NCBI GenBank assembly: GCA_964441495.1
Contig: CAYTXV010000004.1
Span: 210 to 64,209 of the forward strand
Reading direction: 5' to 3'
From: an uncultured Candidatus Saccharibacteria bacterium
GTDB taxonomy: Bacteria; Patescibacteriota; Minisyncoccia; Phycocordibacterales; UBA9973
DNA: 64,000 bases
A model generated the notes under the pieces. That model had not been told where the DNA came from. It saw nothing but the letters and a program-made list of their open reading frames with translations, and made no database searches. A program made the translations under genes and the position numbers. The number at the start of each line of letters is the position of its first letter. Position 1 is the stretch's first letter. This document shows, in pieces, positions 43,833 through 53,921 of this stretch.

Positions 43833-45569
43833 TCATGAAAGTGTTGCTTTGATACGACGAATACCCGCAGCTGACGCTTCTTCTTTGAGAATCTTGAACG
43901 TACCGAGCACTCCTGTACGCTCTACGTGTGGTCCACCACAAAATTCTTTGGAAAAAATGTTGTCATGCGCATCATGGATCATATACACCGACACAACATC
44001 GGGATATTTGGTGCCAAACTCCATCTCTGCGCCGAGTGCTTCTGCTTGCGCGCGCGGCATTTCGCGACGAGTGACACTGAGGTCTTCGCGGATTTTTTCA
44101 TTTACGAGCGCTTCTACCTTTTGAAGCTCTTCTTGGGTAAGTTTGCGATCAAAGTTAAAGTCGATACGAAGACGTTCCTCGGTGATGTTACTTCCCTTTT
44201 GGTGGATATCTGGAGAGACAACCTCTTGGAGTGCTTTGAGGAGGAGGTGATGCGCTGTATGGAGCTTGGTCGTCATCTCTGACGTGTTGGCAAGGCCACC
44301 CTTGAACTTGTGCTCTGCACCTGCGCGAGATGCGTCTTGGTGTGCCTTCATCTGTGCATCAAACTGCGCGCGGTCAATCGTGACACCCTTTTCTTGGGCA
44401 AGTTCAAGTGTAAGCTCGATCGGAAATCCGTATGTTGTTGCAAGTGTAAATGCATCGGTCCCTTTTTCAAATTCTTTGAGTCCTGACTCGAGTGTTTTGC
44501 AAAACTTGTCTTCTTCTTGAGTAAGGACTGACTGGATACTGAGCAAAAGAAGTTCTGGGTACGCATCCTTGTACAGCTCACCAAAGAGCACCGCGAGCTC
44601 TCCGATAAAATGAGTAGGAAGTCCAAGCACTCGCGCCTGCATCACTACACGACGAATGAGTCTGCGCAAGATGTATCCCTGATCTTTGTTGCTCGGAAGT
44701 ACGCCATCAGCAATCATAAACACCGCGCTACGTGTGTGGTCTGCAACGATACGTGCAGCGCGCTCATCGTAACGCTCAGCTGCTTGTGAAATCTTGGCCA
44801 TCACAGGCGCAAACATATCTGCTTCGTACACAGTACTCTTGCCTTGCACGATCATCGAGATACGCTCGAGCCCGCTTCCGGTGTCAATGTTCTTTTGCGG
44901 AAGTTGCCCAACTACTTTGCCATCTTTTGACAGATACTGCATGAACACATCGTTCCAAATCTCAACGACGTCTCCTTGATCGTCTGCAGCAACATACTCA
45001 TCGTGCGTCATGTCGCCCAGTGTGCCGGTAACATCATAAAACATCTCAGTATCAGGACCACATGGTCCATTGTCTCCTGCGCTCCACCAGTTGTTTTTCT
45101 TGGGCAAGAAATAGATGCGGTGCTCAGGGATATACTGCTTCCATATTTCAACGGCTTCCATATCACGTGGTGCATCTGCATCACCTTCAAATACCGTGAC
45201 ATAGAGACGCGTTGGATCAAGTCCAAGTCCTTCGTCTTTGCTTGTGAGAAACTCGTAGCTCCACTTGATCGCGTCTTCTTTGAAATAATCTCCAAGTGAC
45301 CAGTTGCCGAGCATTTCAAAAAACGTGAGGTTCTTGTGGTTACCCACCTCTTCGATGTCTCCCGTGCGAACGCATTTCTGACAACTCGCAAGTCTCGTGC
45401 CCAGCGGGTGTGTCTCTCCCATGAGATATGGGACAAGTGGCTGCATACCCGCAGTGTTGAACAGGACCGAGGGGTCGTTCTTGGGTACGAGAGAAGCTGA
45501 AGGGAGTATCGCATGTCCTCGAGCAGCAAAAAAGTCAAGGAATCGTTTACGGATTTCGCTAGATGTCAT
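43833..45569 (-). CDS. alaS: alanyl-tRNA synthetase, compact form without C-Ala domain
   Basis: RKRFLDFFAARGHAILPSASLVPKNDPSVLFNTAGMQPL, editing-domain motifs TAHHLLLKAL and FCGGPHV. Ends after 578 codons. Start trimmed to 45569. Confidence 0.92.
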   Translation of the reverse strand: MTSSEIRKRFLDFFAARGHAILPSASLVPKNDPSVLFNTAGMQPLVPYLMGETHPLGTRLASCQKCVRTGDIEEVGNHKNLTFFEMLGNWSLGDYFKEDAIKWSYEFLTSKDEGLGLDPTRLYVTVFEGDADAPRDMEAVEIWKQYIPEHRIYFLPKKNNWWSAGDNGPCGPDTEMFYDVTGTLGDMTHDEYVAADDQGDVVEIWNDVFMQYLSKDGKVVGQLPQKNIDTGSGLERISMIVQGKSTVYEADMFAPVMAKISQAAERYDERAARIVADHTRSAVFMIADGVLPSNKDQGYILRRLIRRVVMQARVLGLPTHFIGELAVLFGELYKDAYPELLLLSIQSVLTQEEDKFCKTLESGLKEFEKGTDAFTLATTYGFPIELTLELAQEKGVTIDRAQFDAQMKAHQDASRAGAEHKFKGGLANTSEMTTKLHTAHHLLLKALQEVVSPDIHQKGSNITEERLRIDFNFDRKLTQEELQKVEALVNEKIREDLSVTRREMPRAQAEALGAEMEFGTKYPDVVSVYMIHDAHDNIFSKEFCGGPHVERTGVLGTFKILKEEASAAGIRRIKATLS

Positions 45570-45631
45570 GGCAGTACTGTAGCAAAAAATAGCTAATAAA
45601 AAAAGCCGGCACATGCCGGCTGGTTAAGTAG

Positions 45632-45892
45632 TTAAAAGATTTCTTTCCGCTCAAGAAGCCCTTCAAAGAGCTTCACAAGTTCCAGTGAATCTGCCTTTTC
45701 TGAATACTCAGGATGATCTGATGCAAGTCTGCTGACAAACACAGCATTCTCAGGCTGAGTATATCGTACGACATAGCCGTCTTGCCATTGATCTGTTTGG
45801 TTCTTTTTGAAGCGGACAGGATCACCTTTTTGTAACGGGAGAGGTTTACTACTTTCTGTGGGATAAAAACTACGGAAATCATCGGAGCCCAT
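45632..45892 (-). CDS. small hypothetical protein
   Basis: 86-aa ORF followed by a terminator (AGCCGGCATGTGCCGGCTTTTTTT on the minus strand). No motif recognised. Confidence 0.5.
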   Translation of the reverse strand: MGSDDFRSFYPTESSKPLPLQKGDPVRFKKNQTDQWQDGYVVRYTQPENAVFVSRLASDHPEYSEKADSLELVKLFEGLLERKEIF

Positions 45893-45951
45893 ATGTGTAT
45901 AGGTTTAAAAGTTTGTACCATACTACAACTTTTTTAACATTTTGCAATTTC

Positions 45952-47997
45952 TTACATAAGCCCCTTTTTGCGTAAAAGAGCTTTTGGATCAGCATCTCTT
46001 CCACGAAAATTTCTATAAAGAGTTGCAGGGTCTTCCGTATCACCCCTAGAAAGTATTTCTTTTCTAAATTTTGAACCTATAGTCTTTGAAAATAGACCAT
46101 CCTCCTTGAAATATTCAAATGCGTCAGCGGCCAATACTTCGGACCAATGATAACTGTAATACCCCACATCATACCCTCCATCAAACACGTGCTTGAAGAT
46201 AGTAGATTGAGCAGTACCTGGATAAGGATTAATAACCCTATATTCTTTTCTAACCTCTTTTTCAAATATTTCTATATCTTTCACGTCTATAAATGAACCA
46301 TCATGCCATTTTAGATCTATATATGCAAAACCCAACTGAGATAACATTTTCATGCCTGCTTGAAATTTATTTGCGGACAATACCTTATTAATCATTTCAT
46401 CACTCATAGTCTCACTACTTTCATAGTGTTTTGCAACAAGCTTAATACTTTTTGGGTCAGTCAAAAATGTATCGAACAATTGCGATGGAAGTTCAACAAA
46501 ATCCCATACAGTATTAAATCCTGATAATGAACGATATGTACATGTTGAAAATAAAACATGCAAGGCGTGTCCAAACTCGTGGAAAATTGTGCGCGCTTCA
46601 TATTCGTTTAATAATCCAGGTAACGAACCTACTGGTTTAGTAAGATTACAAACAATAAGCAAATGAGGTCGTAGATCCACCCCTTCGGTCATGTGTTGTA
46701 TACGCAGTGCATCAATCCAACCGCCACCTCTTTTTGATTCTCTAGGATACAGATCAAAATACACAATTCCAAGACTTTTATCATCCGTATCTATTATTTC
46801 GTACACGGTAATTTCTGAACAATATACCGGAATATCAAAACGCTGCTTTACTTTTATGCCATACAAACGATCTACGTGATCAAAAATACCCTGCATAACA
46901 CTATCAATAGAAAAGTATGCTCTTGTTTCCTCTGAATCATACTGATATTTTTCTTTCAAAAGTTTTTCCGAATAGTATGCAAGATCCCACGGGTAAAGAG
47001 TTGAAACCCCATCTATCTTATTTTTATATTCTTGAAGCTCTCGTATATCTTGTTCAGCTCTCGGTTTTGCTACTTTTTGCAGTGTGTCAAAAAATACATT
47101 AAGATTTTCTTGGTTTTTTACCATTCTATCTTCGAGTACATAATGAGCATGGTTCTTATATCCGAGAAGTAATGCTTTTTTGTTGCGTAGTTGCACAATA
47201 TCTAAAACAACAGACGCATTATCGTATTTACCCCCAAGAGCACGCGAATTGTATGCAAACCATAACTGCTTTCGAAGCTCTTCATTTTTTGCAAATTCAA
47301 TAAAGGGACCGTAACTTGGTGGTTTTAATGTAAAGACCCATGAATCGCTTTTACCTTCGGTTCTAGCTTCCTCTTTAGCGGCCTCGATTATACGAGCAGG
47401 TAGACCTTCAAGTTGTGAAGAGTCAGTAACTACCAATCGGTACTCGTTTGTTGCCGCAAGTAGATTTTGTCCAAATTTTTGACTAAGTAACACCAATTTT
47501 TGATCAATTTCTCGCAATTCTTTTTTCTTCTCATTAGAAAGGAGTGCTCCTTTTCTAACAAAAGCATTATATTTTCTTTCCAACAATCTCTGCTGTTCCG
47601 GAGACAAAGACTGGTTTTTGTTTTCAAATACAACTTTTATACGTTCAAATAACTGCTCATTAAGTAATATGTCGTTTTCCCACTCAGAAATTTTTGGTAA
47701 TATCTTTTCTGCAATAGTGTTTATCTCGCTGTTTGTATGCGCTTCTTTTAAATTATGGAAAATACTATAGACAGTATCCAAGTCTTTACTACAAGCTTCA
47801 AGTGGTTCGAGAGTATTTTGGAATGTTGGTTTTTCAGTATTTGCAATTATACTTGCCAGATTTTTTCGTGCTACTGCAAAACAAATCTCAAATGCTGGTT
47901 CAAAATGCTCGGGAAGAATTTTATCAAATGGTATGTACGAATCGTTTGTAATATTTTTTATATACGAAAGCAAAGGATTTTCCATACCCGCCATCAT
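45952..47997 (-). CDS. M3-family zinc metallopeptidase (oligopeptidase A / Dcp-like)
   Basis: Zincin motif HEFGHALH with a downstream Glu region, about 680 aa. Strongly AT-rich relative to its neighbours. Confidence 0.88.
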   Translation of the reverse strand: MMAGMENPLLSYIKNITNDSYIPFDKILPEHFEPAFEICFAVARKNLASIIANTEKPTFQNTLEPLEACSKDLDTVYSIFHNLKEAHTNSEINTIAEKILPKISEWENDILLNEQLFERIKVVFENKNQSLSPEQQRLLERKYNAFVRKGALLSNEKKKELREIDQKLVLLSQKFGQNLLAATNEYRLVVTDSSQLEGLPARIIEAAKEEARTEGKSDSWVFTLKPPSYGPFIEFAKNEELRKQLWFAYNSRALGGKYDNASVVLDIVQLRNKKALLLGYKNHAHYVLEDRMVKNQENLNVFFDTLQKVAKPRAEQDIRELQEYKNKIDGVSTLYPWDLAYYSEKLLKEKYQYDSEETRAYFSIDSVMQGIFDHVDRLYGIKVKQRFDIPVYCSEITVYEIIDTDDKSLGIVYFDLYPRESKRGGGWIDALRIQHMTEGVDLRPHLLIVCNLTKPVGSLPGLLNEYEARTIFHEFGHALHVLFSTCTYRSLSGFNTVWDFVELPSQLFDTFLTDPKSIKLVAKHYESSETMSDEMINKVLSANKFQAGMKMLSQLGFAYIDLKWHDGSFIDVKDIEIFEKEVRKEYRVINPYPGTAQSTIFKHVFDGGYDVGYYSYHWSEVLAADAFEYFKEDGLFSKTIGSKFRKEILSRGDTEDPATLYRNFRGRDADPKALLRKKGLM

Positions 47998-48029
47998 AGC
48001 AAAAAACCTCTTGCGAGGCTATGCGAGAG

Positions 48030-48491
48030 TTACTGAGTCGGAGGTTCTTGGTTGTGGTCAAATGGAAGCTTGCGAAGCTGTTTCTCAAGAAACCACATCA
48101 CCACAAATGTAAATAGTGCGAGGATCGTCACGATGATTGCGAGTCGATAAAGTCCAAAACCTGCCGCCATACCAACCCCTGCCGCAACCCACATACCAGA
48201 TGCAGTTGTGATACCACTTACGCGCTGATCGTTGTGAAATATCGCCCCAACTCCGAGAAATCCTGCAGCTGCAACAACCTGTGCTGCCATGCGGAGCGGA
48301 TCAAAGACTTCTCCTGCATGGTGCGCTGCGACCATCTGCGAGATAATCACAAACATCGCTGACCCCATCGAGATGAGTGTGTAGGTACGCATACCTGCGG
48401 TTTTGTGCGCAAGAAACCGTTCAACACCGAGCACCATACCGAGCAGCATCGCTACAAGTAAACTCGTCGTCATAGGATCAAGTATCATCAT
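48030..48491 (-). CDS. MgtC/SapB-family membrane protein
   Basis: LLGMVLGVERFLAHKTAGMRTYTLISMGSAMF and 4-5 TM helices. Confidence 0.85.
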   Translation of the reverse strand: MMILDPMTTSLLVAMLLGMVLGVERFLAHKTAGMRTYTLISMGSAMFVIISQMVAAHHAGEVFDPLRMAAQVVAAAGFLGVGAIFHNDQRVSGITTASGMWVAAGVGMAAGFGLYRLAIIVTILALFTFVVMWFLEKQLRKLPFDHNQEPPTQ

Positions 48492-48512
48492 ATGCGTAAA
48501 GTATATCGCACA

Positions 48513-49568
48513 TTAGTGCACCTGATCAATGATACCTCCCCCAGCAACACGATCTCCCTCATAGAGCACGACTGACTGACCAAGCGCGATAACGCCGCTA
48601 TAGGTGAGCACAACCTGTGTATCAGAGATGATGCGCGCCTGGATCGATTCGCCGTGATAGCGGATCTGTGCAATGTAGTCGCAGGTTGTATCATATGAGC
48701 CAAACCAGTTGGTATCACGAAGTGTGAGCGTCACTGTATCGCCTAAAACCTCAGTACGCAGCGGTTCTGTACTGACTGTAAGTGTATTGCGCTGCAGATC
48801 TTTGCCGACGATATAGTATCGAGGGTCATGTGTTCCCTGTTTGGTGATACGAAATCCGTGACGAGCACCGAGTGTGTAGAACCACACACCATCATGCTCA
48901 CCGATCACTTCTCCGTATTGATCAAGTACGTCTCCCTTCTTTTGTTCTATATAGTGCAAGAGGAACTCGCGCATATCCACATCTCCCAGGAAGCAGATAC
49001 CTTGACTATCCTTTTTGGTAGCGGTAAAGAGATCGGCTTTTTGGGCAATGCTGCGTACCTCATCTTTGTGTAGTTGCCCGAGCGGGAAGCGTATGTGCGC
49101 AAGTTCTCCTTGAGTGATCATCCAGAGGAAGTACGACTGGTCTTTGCCTTCATCAACACCTCGCATGAGGGCAACGCCGTCAGTATGTGCATAGTGTCCT
49201 GTTGCGATCGCATCGGCGCCGTGTGCACGCGCGTACTGCCACATGATGCCAAACTTGATCACGCGGTTACAGAGCACATCTGGGTTGGGTGTACGGCCGG
49301 CTTTGTACTCATCGATCATGTACTGCGCAACACCATCTCGATACTCTTGTTCTGCTTCTACAAAATGAAATGGGATCCCAAGGTGTGCGCACACACGCAT
49401 CGCATCGCGCTTCTCGTCCACCCAGGTACATGGAAGCCACTCCGGCGACCACGTCTTTACAAAGACGCCATGCACCTCATGGCCTTCTTTCATAAGGAGG
49501 TGCGCCGCAACAGAGCTATCAACTCCACCCGATATCCCTACAAAGATTTTTTGTTTTTGAGACTTCAC
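48513..49568 (-). CDS. mnmA: tRNA 2-thiouridine(34) synthase
   Basis: PP-loop VGISGGVDSSVAA, catalytic Cys regions, and an MnmA-length architecture. Confidence 0.94.
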   Translation of the reverse strand: MKSQKQKIFVGISGGVDSSVAAHLLMKEGHEVHGVFVKTWSPEWLPCTWVDEKRDAMRVCAHLGIPFHFVEAEQEYRDGVAQYMIDEYKAGRTPNPDVLCNRVIKFGIMWQYARAHGADAIATGHYAHTDGVALMRGVDEGKDQSYFLWMITQGELAHIRFPLGQLHKDEVRSIAQKADLFTATKKDSQGICFLGDVDMREFLLHYIEQKKGDVLDQYGEVIGEHDGVWFYTLGARHGFRITKQGTHDPRYYIVGKDLQRNTLTVSTEPLRTEVLGDTVTLTLRDTNWFGSYDTTCDYIAQIRYHGESIQARIISDTQVVLTYSGVIALGQSVVLYEGDRVAGGGIIDQVH

Positions 49569-49588
49569 AAAAGTGATACTACCACAAC

Positions 49589-50131
49589 CTATTTCAAATT
49601 CATCAATTTTTTGAAGACTTCGTATGTCGCATATGCATCGGCAAATGCTGAGTGTGCCTTTTTGTTTTCGATACTGTATTTCTCACAGAGCGCGCGAAGT
49701 GAAAGCTTGCCGATATCGTCATTGGTATGCAGGATACCAAATGCAAGCGAGAGCGTGTCGAGTTTGTGATAGTGGAGCTTGCTCTCGATCTGATATCGTC
49801 GCAAGTTGGTTTCGATAAATCCATAATCAAACGTCGCATTGTGCGCAACAAATACTGCGCCCGATGTTTTGTCGACAAATGCTCTGAGTGCTTCTTCGAT
49901 AGTGACTGCAAATATCCAATCTGCTTCGTTATATCCGTTGATACGAAGCGCTTGCGCATCAGCTGTTTCGATATGCTTGGGCGCAACTTTGAGATCGAGC
50001 TGGTCAACAACAGTTAATACTTCGTCTTTGAGCTCTGCAAGCACTACTGCGAGTTCGATGATTTCTCCTCGCTCTGGATCGAGTCCTGTTGTTTCGATAT
50101 CAACAAATGCAAGTCGCTGCTGCAAAATCAT
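49589..50131 (-). CDS. DEDDh 3'-5' exonuclease (DnaQ/epsilon-like)
   Basis: Exo I FVDIETTGLD, Exo II VAHNATFDYGF, Exo III HSAFADAYAT. Start trimmed to MILQQRL (50131). Confidence 0.88.
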   Translation of the reverse strand: MILQQRLAFVDIETTGLDPERGEIIELAVVLAELKDEVLTVVDQLDLKVAPKHIETADAQALRINGYNEADWIFAVTIEEALRAFVDKTSGAVFVAHNATFDYGFIETNLRRYQIESKLHYHKLDTLSLAFGILHTNDDIGKLSLRALCEKYSIENKKAHSAFADAYATYEVFKKLMNLK

Positions 50132-50152
50132 AGGTGCACCAGTATAGCACAA

Positions 50153-51106
50153 TTAGCGCAGGTACTTGGCGATATTTGCCTGATGCTCTTTGTACGTGAC
50201 TGCGTAGCGGATCGTGCCATCATCTCCGTGAAGATAAAACCAGTATGGAGACTGCTCCGGAGCGATCGCCGCCTTGATCGCATCGAGACCCGGGTTACTG
50301 ATCGGTGTTGGCGGGAGTCCTTTGTTGCGATACGTGTTGTATGGAGAGTTTGATGCGAGATCTTTGCGCGTGAGCTCCTTGCTTTCTTTGCCGAGTGTAT
50401 AGAGAAACGGTGCGTCTACCTGAAGTGGCATCCCTTTGTCATAGCGCTTCCACAAGATACCTGCGATGATAGGCATTTCGTCGGCATTGTCTGCTTCCTT
50501 TTCGATGATAGAAGCCATCGTGATGATGTCTGCTCGTGTGCGACCAGAGGTAACGATACTTTGTTCAAGTGGTACGAGCTTGGTTGCAAAGTTGCGCTTG
50601 AGCACGGTCACGACGACATCAGGAGTCACCGATGGGAAGAAGCTATATGTATCCGGGAAGAGATATCCCTCAGAGCCTTTGGCGAGTGTGAGAAACACTG
50701 CGGTATCAAATCCTGGAAATGTCGCTGCGAGTCGCTCACTCATCTGCTTCATCGTAAATCCTTCTGGAAATGTTACCTTTTTGCGTTCTATACCAAACTG
50801 CCTCCCAGAGATACGGAGCGCGATCTCAAATGATGAGACAGGGTGTTCAAAGTAATACTCACCTTCACTCATGGTACGTTCGCCCCCGAGCGCGATCATC
50901 CAGATCTCAAAGAGCCGGGATGATTTGATCACGCTATCTTTCTTGAGCTCACGAGAAACCGAAAACACTGTCTGACCTTGTTCGATCGTGAGCCTGTATG
51001 GCGCTGGGAAATCGCTCGGTGCTGCGATAAATCGCTCAAACAGATAGACCAATAGAGCGACACAAACGACAGCAAGAACAAGTTTGATGAGGGTTGATCG
51101 ATGCAT
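50153..51106 (-). CDS. mltG: endolytic murein transglycosylase MltG (YceG-like)
   Basis: N-terminal TM helix plus PYNTYRNKGLPPTPISNPG and LQVDAPFLY motifs. Confidence 0.9.
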   Translation of the reverse strand: MHRSTLIKLVLAVVCVALLVYLFERFIAAPSDFPAPYRLTIEQGQTVFSVSRELKKDSVIKSSRLFEIWMIALGGERTMSEGEYYFEHPVSSFEIALRISGRQFGIERKKVTFPEGFTMKQMSERLAATFPGFDTAVFLTLAKGSEGYLFPDTYSFFPSVTPDVVVTVLKRNFATKLVPLEQSIVTSGRTRADIITMASIIEKEADNADEMPIIAGILWKRYDKGMPLQVDAPFLYTLGKESKELTRKDLASNSPYNTYRNKGLPPTPISNPGLDAIKAAIAPEQSPYWFYLHGDDGTIRYAVTYKEHQANIAKYLR

Positions 51107-51107
51107 A

Positions 51108-52367
51108 CTAGATAGGAAGGTTTGCTGGAGGTTCTCCCTTTTTGGATTCGATACGGATAAAGTTTGGTGTCTCTACTACACGACCTGGCAAATGAAAGAT
51201 GGTTGCGAGTTCTTCACTCGAGAGAACAAATCCTTTGCTTCCTGAGTTTTCGGGGTGTGTAAAGTACTTTTTGAGTTTCGTAAACTTGAACCCACCATAA
51301 AAGAACGCGCGATCTTTGTAGTCATCGAGAAAGTCTTTCTTCATCTTTTTGACTTTGAGATCGAGAGGGTCTTTCCACGGCATTGCATCAGGTGTCTTGG
51401 TAAGGTCTGACATCTTGAGCGTGTTTAGATCCTCACTTGCATACTGGCGCCACATACTTGTAAACGCAGTGATCGTGTTGCCACTAAAGTTGTCTTTGTT
51501 GGCGATGTACAGGACGCGGATACCACAATCAAACCCTGGTTTGTTGTAGTTGCGCTCAATCGCTTCGATAACGTACTGCTGACCTTTGGTGAGGCGCCCT
51601 GCAACTGTCTTGCCTTCAGCATCCTTACTGTTTGCTTTTGCTTTGAGCTCTTCGACGATGCTTTTTGCTTTGTCTTTCCATGCCTTTCCTTCTTCGGTTT
51701 CTTCGCCCTTTTTGACGCTGTGACGTTTGATGGCTTGACGAAGGTTGATCTGCACCCAGATATGCTCACCGATACCGATAGAACCCATCGTTTCAAGTGT
51801 CGGCGTCATCGGATCGATACGCTGCTCTTCTTCGAGTGAACCGATTGCACGATCAAGCCCAAAGTCTACGTACGTCTTGATCGGATAAGGGTCATCCTTT
51901 TCTAGTTTGAGGTTGTATGCAAATATACCGATTTTGCCAGAATCAAATCCTGGTATCGATGCTGTATAGTCAGCAACTTCGCGCACTTCTGCTTGCGGGT
52001 ACTGTGCATAGAGCTGCGCTTCAAATGCTTTGCGAAACTTTTTGGCAAAGCGAACATAAAAATGAATCTTGCCTTCTGTTGAGACAAGCTCGAGCGAGTA
52101 GTACTGCGCGAGTTCACCTTTCCAATACTTCTCGTACCAGTTACCAGCACCACCGCCGTGGAGCGTGTTGAGCACGAGCTCCATGGCTTCAGGAGATTTG
52201 TGCACTTCTTTGGGAGGAATGATCTCGAGTATCACCCACTCAACTGATCGTAGATACAGCGTGTTGACGTATGTCACCCAAAGGTTCCATGCGAGAACCG
52301 CGACAAATGCAAAGATACCGCACAACAATAACGTATCAAAAAGTTGTGCGAGGACGAGCGGCTGCAT
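51108..52367 (-). CDS. membrane-anchored hypothetical protein
   Basis: N-terminal TM helix, WVILEIIPPKEVHKSPEAMELVLNTLHG, and a C-terminal SSEELATIFHLPG. No confident family assignment. Confidence 0.6.
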   Translation of the reverse strand: MQPLVLAQLFDTLLLCGIFAFVAVLAWNLWVTYVNTLYLRSVEWVILEIIPPKEVHKSPEAMELVLNTLHGGGAGNWYEKYWKGELAQYYSLELVSTEGKIHFYVRFAKKFRKAFEAQLYAQYPQAEVREVADYTASIPGFDSGKIGIFAYNLKLEKDDPYPIKTYVDFGLDRAIGSLEEEQRIDPMTPTLETMGSIGIGEHIWVQINLRQAIKRHSVKKGEETEEGKAWKDKAKSIVEELKAKANSKDAEGKTVAGRLTKGQQYVIEAIERNYNKPGFDCGIRVLYIANKDNFSGNTITAFTSMWRQYASEDLNTLKMSDLTKTPDAMPWKDPLDLKVKKMKKDFLDDYKDRAFFYGGFKFTKLKKYFTHPENSGSKGFVLSSEELATIFHLPGRVVETPNFIRIESKKGEPPANLPI

Positions 52368-52384
52368 ATGGATAGTATAGCAAG

Positions 52385-52882
52385 TTATTTCACAAACGTG
52401 AGCGGTATGCGTGCAGTTACTGTTTGTGGCCCTGTTGCCTTTGCGGGGATAAGGATGAGATATCCTGATTTGGTTTTGGGGACAGTCGTGAGTACCACTG
52501 TTGTATTAAATGTTGTGGTCTCACCCTGAACATCTGTTGGCGGGATCGTTGTGTATGCAGAAACAGGGACACCTTTGCCATCGACTACCTGCGCGTAGAG
52601 CGCCACTGTTTGTGTAGATGGCCACTGACAGCTCATCGTTGCACCGGTCACAGTCACAAATGCGTGCACCTTTTCAAGTGGACGTGGCGAGACAACAGAG
52701 AGTCCGCAGGTGTCTTGTGGTGTTGGTGCGCTAATTGTTGTTGTTTGAGAAGAAGTACTTGGTGCAGACTCTTCAAAAAGTGCCTTACCAGTAGTGAGCC
52801 GCATGAGGATACCTGCTGCAAGGAGCACGATGAGTGCTATCTCAAATGCATCCCAACCCGATCCACCTCCTGCGTCTGCCAT
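52385..52882 (-). CDS. membrane-anchored hypothetical protein with Ig-like (Gmad2-like?) ectodomain
   Basis: TM helix IALIVLLAAGILM, an S/T-rich linker, and a beta-rich C-terminal domain. The family call is tentative. Confidence 0.5.
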   Translation of the reverse strand: MADAGGGSGWDAFEIALIVLLAAGILMRLTTGKALFEESAPSTSSQTTTISAPTPQDTCGLSVVSPRPLEKVHAFVTVTGATMSCQWPSTQTVALYAQVVDGKGVPVSAYTTIPPTDVQGETTTFNTTVVLTTVPKTKSGYLILIPAKATGPQTVTARIPLTFVK

Positions 52883-52889
52883 AGTGTGG

Positions 52890-53921
52890 TTATTTTACCA
52901 CAGTGTAGGTACCATCGGAAAGCTTTTTGAAGTATTTTGGATTTTGGAGATTGACAAGGATAGTGTTTTTCTTGAGGAAGCGCTCTTTGAGTACACGATC
53001 GATCACGTCTTCTTTGGTAAGCGGGCCTTCTTTTGCCAATATCTCTTTGATAACATCACGTACGATACCTGGCTTGTAACCCCATTCAGCAAGTGCGTAG
53101 TATCCACGACCAACGAGTACGAAGCGTGGGTCTTTGATGAGTTCGTTGTGTGTTGTTGCTACGTGCGTCTTTTTGCCAAAGGTATCTTGGATTGCTTTTG
53201 CAACTTCACGGAAGTGCATCGGAGAGCCGTGCTTGCGCATCATGAGAAATGCATAGTCTTTGATCCCACGAGTTTTGATATTTTGAGATTCTGCAGGACC
53301 CCATTCACCGAGAGGGTTTTTTGCGATTTTCTTTGAGATCTTGAGCCAGCGACGAGCGACTTCTTCATTTTTGTACTGAACTGCAACATCAGTGATTTCT
53401 TTGAGAAATCGTGTTACGAGATCGTTTTCGGAGAGAAGCTCTTTGTCATCAAGTGATCGGTATACGCTGTGAAGTGCTTCATGTACTGCAGTTGAAAGAG
53501 ATTCATCGATTGTCCAACGTGCGTTGAAATGATCATCTTCTTTGAGTTTCTTGAACTCATCTGCGAGGACGAGATAGAAGCGAACATGATTTTGGATTGC
53601 TTTATCTTTTGAGATGTATGAGAGAAATTCGTCTTCATGTACCAATGCACCAGCAGACTCCATGAGCGCTTTGAGTTCACCAAATGTTTTGTGTTCAGCC
53701 TTGAATATATCACTTTTGCGGATGGCTGCGAGTGCTGCGTTTTCGATCTGACGAACACGCTCACGAGTGATCCCATACTTTTTACCGATCGCTTCGAGCG
53801 TTTTTGAGTCAGCAGCATCACTCAATCCATATCGGTTGACGATGATGTCGTATGCTCGGTCGTGGAGGTTCGAAAGGAGGCGTTTGGTGACCTGTTTTGG
53901 TTTGAAACTAATAACTGGCAT
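52890..53921 (-). CDS. sigma-70 region-4-like HTH protein with C-terminal HARE-HTH (delta-subunit-like) domain
   Basis: N-terminal TLEAIGKKYGITRERVRQIENAALAAIRK (sigma region 4.2-like). C-terminal MHFREVAKAIQD...LIKDPRFVLVGRGYYALAEWGY (HARE-HTH-like). No sigma region 2. Confidence 0.65.
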   Translation of the reverse strand: MPVISFKPKQVTKRLLSNLHDRAYDIIVNRYGLSDAADSKTLEAIGKKYGITRERVRQIENAALAAIRKSDIFKAEHKTFGELKALMESAGALVHEDEFLSYISKDKAIQNHVRFYLVLADEFKKLKEDDHFNARWTIDESLSTAVHEALHSVYRSLDDKELLSENDLVTRFLKEITDVAVQYKNEEVARRWLKISKKIAKNPLGEWGPAESQNIKTRGIKDYAFLMMRKHGSPMHFREVAKAIQDTFGKKTHVATTHNELIKDPRFVLVGRGYYALAEWGYKPGIVRDVIKEILAKEGPLTKEDVIDRVLKERFLKKNTILVNLQNPKYFKKLSDGTYTVVK

